Origin: Candidatus Latescibacterota bacterium | Lineage (GTDB): Bacteria; Latescibacterota; UBA2968; UBA8231 | DNA length: 31,927 bases | Reading direction: 5' to 3' | Assembly: GCA_965205655.1 (NCBI GenBank) | Contig: CBDBIJ010000097.1 | Location: 1 to 31,927 of the forward strand | Part shown: positions 29,537 to 31,927 of the stretch, piece by piece | Position numbering within the stretch: position 1 is the first letter of the stretch | How the letters are laid out: every line of letters begins with the position of its first letter | Notes under the pieces: generated by a model | Told to the model about the DNA's origin: nothing | Seen by the model: the letters and a program-made list of their open reading frames with translations, nothing else | Databases searched by the model: none | Position numbers and translations under genes: made by a program

Positions 29537-30300
29537 CAATCGGCGAGGCCCTTCAACTCGTCGCGGATTGTGGCGGCTTTCTCGAACTCCTCATCCTCAA
29601 CCGCGGCCTCGAGCGCTCGTTCGAGTTTTTCGCGCTCGCTCAGCGGTTTCTTCGAGTGCAGTTCCTCCTCCAGCTCGTCGAGTGCCTGTCTCGAACGCTC
29701 GCGCTCCATGAAGAACTCCTCCGCCTCGATTTCTGGCAGGTTGTCGATCCTCTCCCTCGCCTCATCGACGCAGGCGAGGGAACGATCGAACTCCTCATGC
29801 TGGAGAGCCAGCATGGCTCTTGCGGTGGCGTGGATTCGCAGGATGTAGGGCCACCATTTCTGCAGATTCATTCTGTCGTCTTCGTGCGTGGCGTAGTTGT
29901 GCACGAATTCGAACAGCTCCATGTTGCGCTCGGTATCCCGAATGACCCGGTCGTATTCCTTGATCTGAAGCAGAAAGACGTAGCGCGCGTATACCCGGCT
30001 GCTTTCGTCGAACAGCTCCTTGCAGGAGTCCCTATCGAGACGGAACCCCTGGTCGCCGCCGCGGTGCCCAGATCGGTATTCTTCCAGCGTGACCCGGTAG
30101 TGATCGAGAACGAAATCCGAATCGTGTGGCCGCCTGCCATCTGGTCGACCGTCGAGATTGAGCTGCAGGATCCCCTGGAAGGCGCCCTGATCGACGCGGA
30201 CCTGGATTTTCTGAACCCCGTCTTCGCCGACAATCTTGCGCACATTCGAATCGGGATCGTAGGTCCAGTCCTTGAGGATTTTGGCGATATCGCGGCCCAT
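29536..30300 (-). CDS. Conserved protein with C-terminal UVR motif, paralogue 2
   Basis: KIQVRVD...GRPDGRRPH; C-terminal LEAAVEDEEFEKAATIRDEL; GAGGGAG RBS. Confidence 0.8.
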   Translation of the reverse strand: MGRDIAKILKDWTYDPDSNVRKIVGEDGVQKIQVRVDQGAFQGILQLNLDGRPDGRRPHDSDFVLDHYRVTLEEYRSGHRGGDQGFRLDRDSCKELFDESSRVYARYVFLLQIKEYDRVIRDTERNMELFEFVHNYATHEDDRMNLQKWWPYILRIHATARAMLALQHEEFDRSLACVDEARERIDNLPEIEAEEFFMERERSRQALDELEEELHSKKPLSEREKLERALEAAVEDEEFEKAATIRDELKGLAD

Positions 30301-30356
30301 CGAATCTCCCTCGCTCTACGGCGCGGCATCGATCTGAAGTCTCAGACCATTTCCGT

Positions 30357-30385
30357 ACGATATTCTCCTCCGTGGCAAAAGTCAA
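30357..30385 (-). promoter_or_regulatory. Sigma-70-type promoter for the UVR-motif gene
   Basis: TTGACT-N17-TATCGT on the minus strand, about 55 bp upstream of ATG 30300. Confidence 0.5.
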
Positions 30386-30452
30386 CGTGTTTGTGAGAGG
30401 GGTGTTTGGCGCTGGCTTGACTCGCCACAGGCGTATGTAGATTTTGGATGTT

Positions 30453-30492
30453 ACAATTTTGTCGTATGCAGCCGGCCGAGCAACAATTTTGT
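30453..30492. promoter_or_regulatory. Two copies of the quasi-palindrome ACAATTTTGT, 30 bp apart
   Basis: Exact copies at 30453-30462 and 30483-30492 upstream of the activator gene. Confidence 0.55.
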
Positions 30493-30532
30493 GGCATCGC
30501 TGCTGTGCACCGACCTATTCCTGAGCTAGGAC

Positions 30533-31927
30533 ATGTCATCAACCCCCGCTCCCGATCGCGGAAAAAGCGATCAGGTAGCAGCGCTTCATCACATCGGAGA
30601 AGTCCTTGGATCGGGCTCGCGCTTCGAAGATGCACTCTACGAAATTCTCCGGCAGCTCTGCGACCGCATGGAGATGCGCCGGGGCACTTTGAGTCTTCCA
30701 CAGGAGGAGAGCGAGGTCGCCATCGACATCGCCTACGGCCTGTCCAAGTCGGAAATGGAGCGGGGTCGCTATAAGATCGGCGAGGGGATCACCGGCCGAG
30801 TCGTGGCCTCGGGAAAACCTGTTATCGTGCCGCGCATCAGTAGCGAGCCGCTTTTTTTGGACCGCACTCGGGCACTCACAACTTCAGAAAAATCACAGAC
30901 TTCCTTCATGTGTGTGCCGATCATGCTGCGGCGTACGGTAGTCGGCACGCTGAGTGTTGACACCCCCTACATAGACGACTCAAGCCTCGAGGAGGACGTC
31001 CGGCTCCTGTCAATTGTCGCCGCCATGATCGCCCAGAACGTGGCCTCGAGGCGCCGCGCTCGGGAGGAACGGGAAAACCTGCTCGACGAAAACCAGCGGC
31101 TCCAAAGTCAGCTTCGAGAGCAGTTTCACCCTTCCAATATCATCGGTAACTCCCGGCCTATGCAGGAAGTCGGTGACCTCATCGGTAAGGTCGCACCGTC
31201 GGATGCTACCGTTCTGCTCCGTGGCGATAGCGGAACCGGCAAGGAACTGGCGGCCGATGCGCTCCATTTCGCCAGCCTGCGCGCCGCCAAACCCCTGGTG
31301 AAGGTTCACCTCGCGGCGCTTCCCGAATCGCTCGTCGAAAGCGAGCTATTCGGACACGAGAAGGGCGCCTTTACCGGGGCCACGGAGTCCAGGCAGGGCC
31401 GTTTCGAGCGGGCCCACGGCGGCACCTTGTTTCTCGATGAAGTCGGCGAACTGAGCTCCGGCATTCAGGTAAAACTGCTGCGCGTCTTGCAGGCCCGCGA
31501 GATCGAGCGACTCGGCGGTTCAGAGCCGATCCCCGTCGACGTCCGCGTCATTGCCGCCACCCATGTGGATCTCGAGGACGCAGTCGGTCGGGGACGGTTC
31601 AGGGAGGACCTCTACTACCGTCTCAACGTTTTCCCCATTTACATCCCGCCCCTTAAAGAGCGGCGGTCCGACGTGCTCATGCTCGCCGACGACTTCCTCG
31701 CCAGGTACGGCCGCAAGCACTCCAAGGAAATGAAGCGCATCTCCACGCCCGCGATAGACATGCTCATGAGTTACCACTGGCCTGGCAACGTCCGCGAGCT
31801 CGAGAACTGTATTGAGAGAGCCGTCATCCTCTCCATGGACGGGGTCGTTCACGGACACCATCTCCCACCCAGCCTGCAGACGGCCACTGCCTCCGGCACG
31901 ACCCTCTCAGGCACCCTGGAAGTTATG
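30533..31927 (+). CDS. NifA-like GAF-AAA+ sigma-54 activator (3' end runs off window)
   Basis: Manual translation: MSSTPAP...[13 protein letters not shown]...SFMCVPI...GDSGTGKE...[15 protein letters not shown]...FREDLYYRL...[10 protein letters not shown]; absent from the track because no stop is reached. Confidence 0.92.
   Translation, partial: MSSTPAPDRGKSDQVAALHHIGEVLGSGSRFEDALYEILRQLCDRMEMRRGTLSLPQEESEVAIDIAYGLSKSEMERGRYKIGEGITGRVVASGKPVIVPRISSEPLFLDRTRALTTSEKSQTSFMCVPIMLRRTVVGTLSVDTPYIDDSSLEEDVRLLSIVAAMIAQNVASRRRAREERENLLDENQRLQSQLREQFHPSNIIGNSRPMQEVGDLIGKVAPSDATVLLRGDSGTGKELAADALHFASLRAAKPLVKVHLAALPESLVESELFGHEKGAFTGATESRQGRFERAHGGTLFLDEVGELSSGIQVKLLRVLQAREIERLGGSEPIPVDVRVIAATHVDLEDAVGRGRFREDLYYRLNVFPIYIPPLKERRSDVLMLADDFLARYGRKHSKEMKRISTPAIDMLMSYHWPGNVRELENCIERAVILSMDGVVHGHHLPPSLQTATASGTTLSGTLEVM

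Noticed and set aside
30533..31927. NifA-like gene as evidence of nitrogen fixation
   Set aside because: GAF-AAA+ activators are widespread and no nif genes are in the window.
1..31927. CRISPR array, tRNA/rRNA, prophage or defence island
   Set aside because: No spaced direct-repeat array, cloverleaf, rRNA-like or phage/defence motifs were seen by eye; a covariance-model scan was not run.

Overview
GC-rich bacterial chromosomal segment, lineage not determinable from the sequence. Left part: partial DksA/TraR gene, UVR-motif protein, HEAT protein, Mrp/ApbC, LOG, M23 peptidase, metallophosphoesterase, RsmF-like methyltransferase and GH113-like hydrolase. Next is a sigma-54 promoter followed by a structured leader and two small ORFs. 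A futalosine-pathway menaquinone operon follows (menG/ubiE-mqnE-mqnC-mqnA-mqnP-ubiX) with a YjhG/YagF-type dehydratase inside it, no mqnB or mqnD, and a frameshift in mqnC. Then comes a regulatory block: NtrC-type activator, sigma-54 promoter, sigma-70-family gene, 26-aa membrane peptide, terminator, second LOG, and a GAF-PAS-adenylate cyclase-RsbW-like kinase fusion whose kinase part is split by three IS elements (IS1182, IS630, IS256). The right end has an orphan fliG pseudogene, a 51-aa membrane protein, a second UVR-motif paralogue and a partial NifA-like activator. Best leads: the reconstructed 672-aa cyclase/anti-sigma-kinase fusion, the riboswitch-like leader at about 10.1 kb, the sigma-54 to sigma-70 cascade, and the dehydratase in the mqn operon. 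All calls come from manual motif reading; no searches were run.
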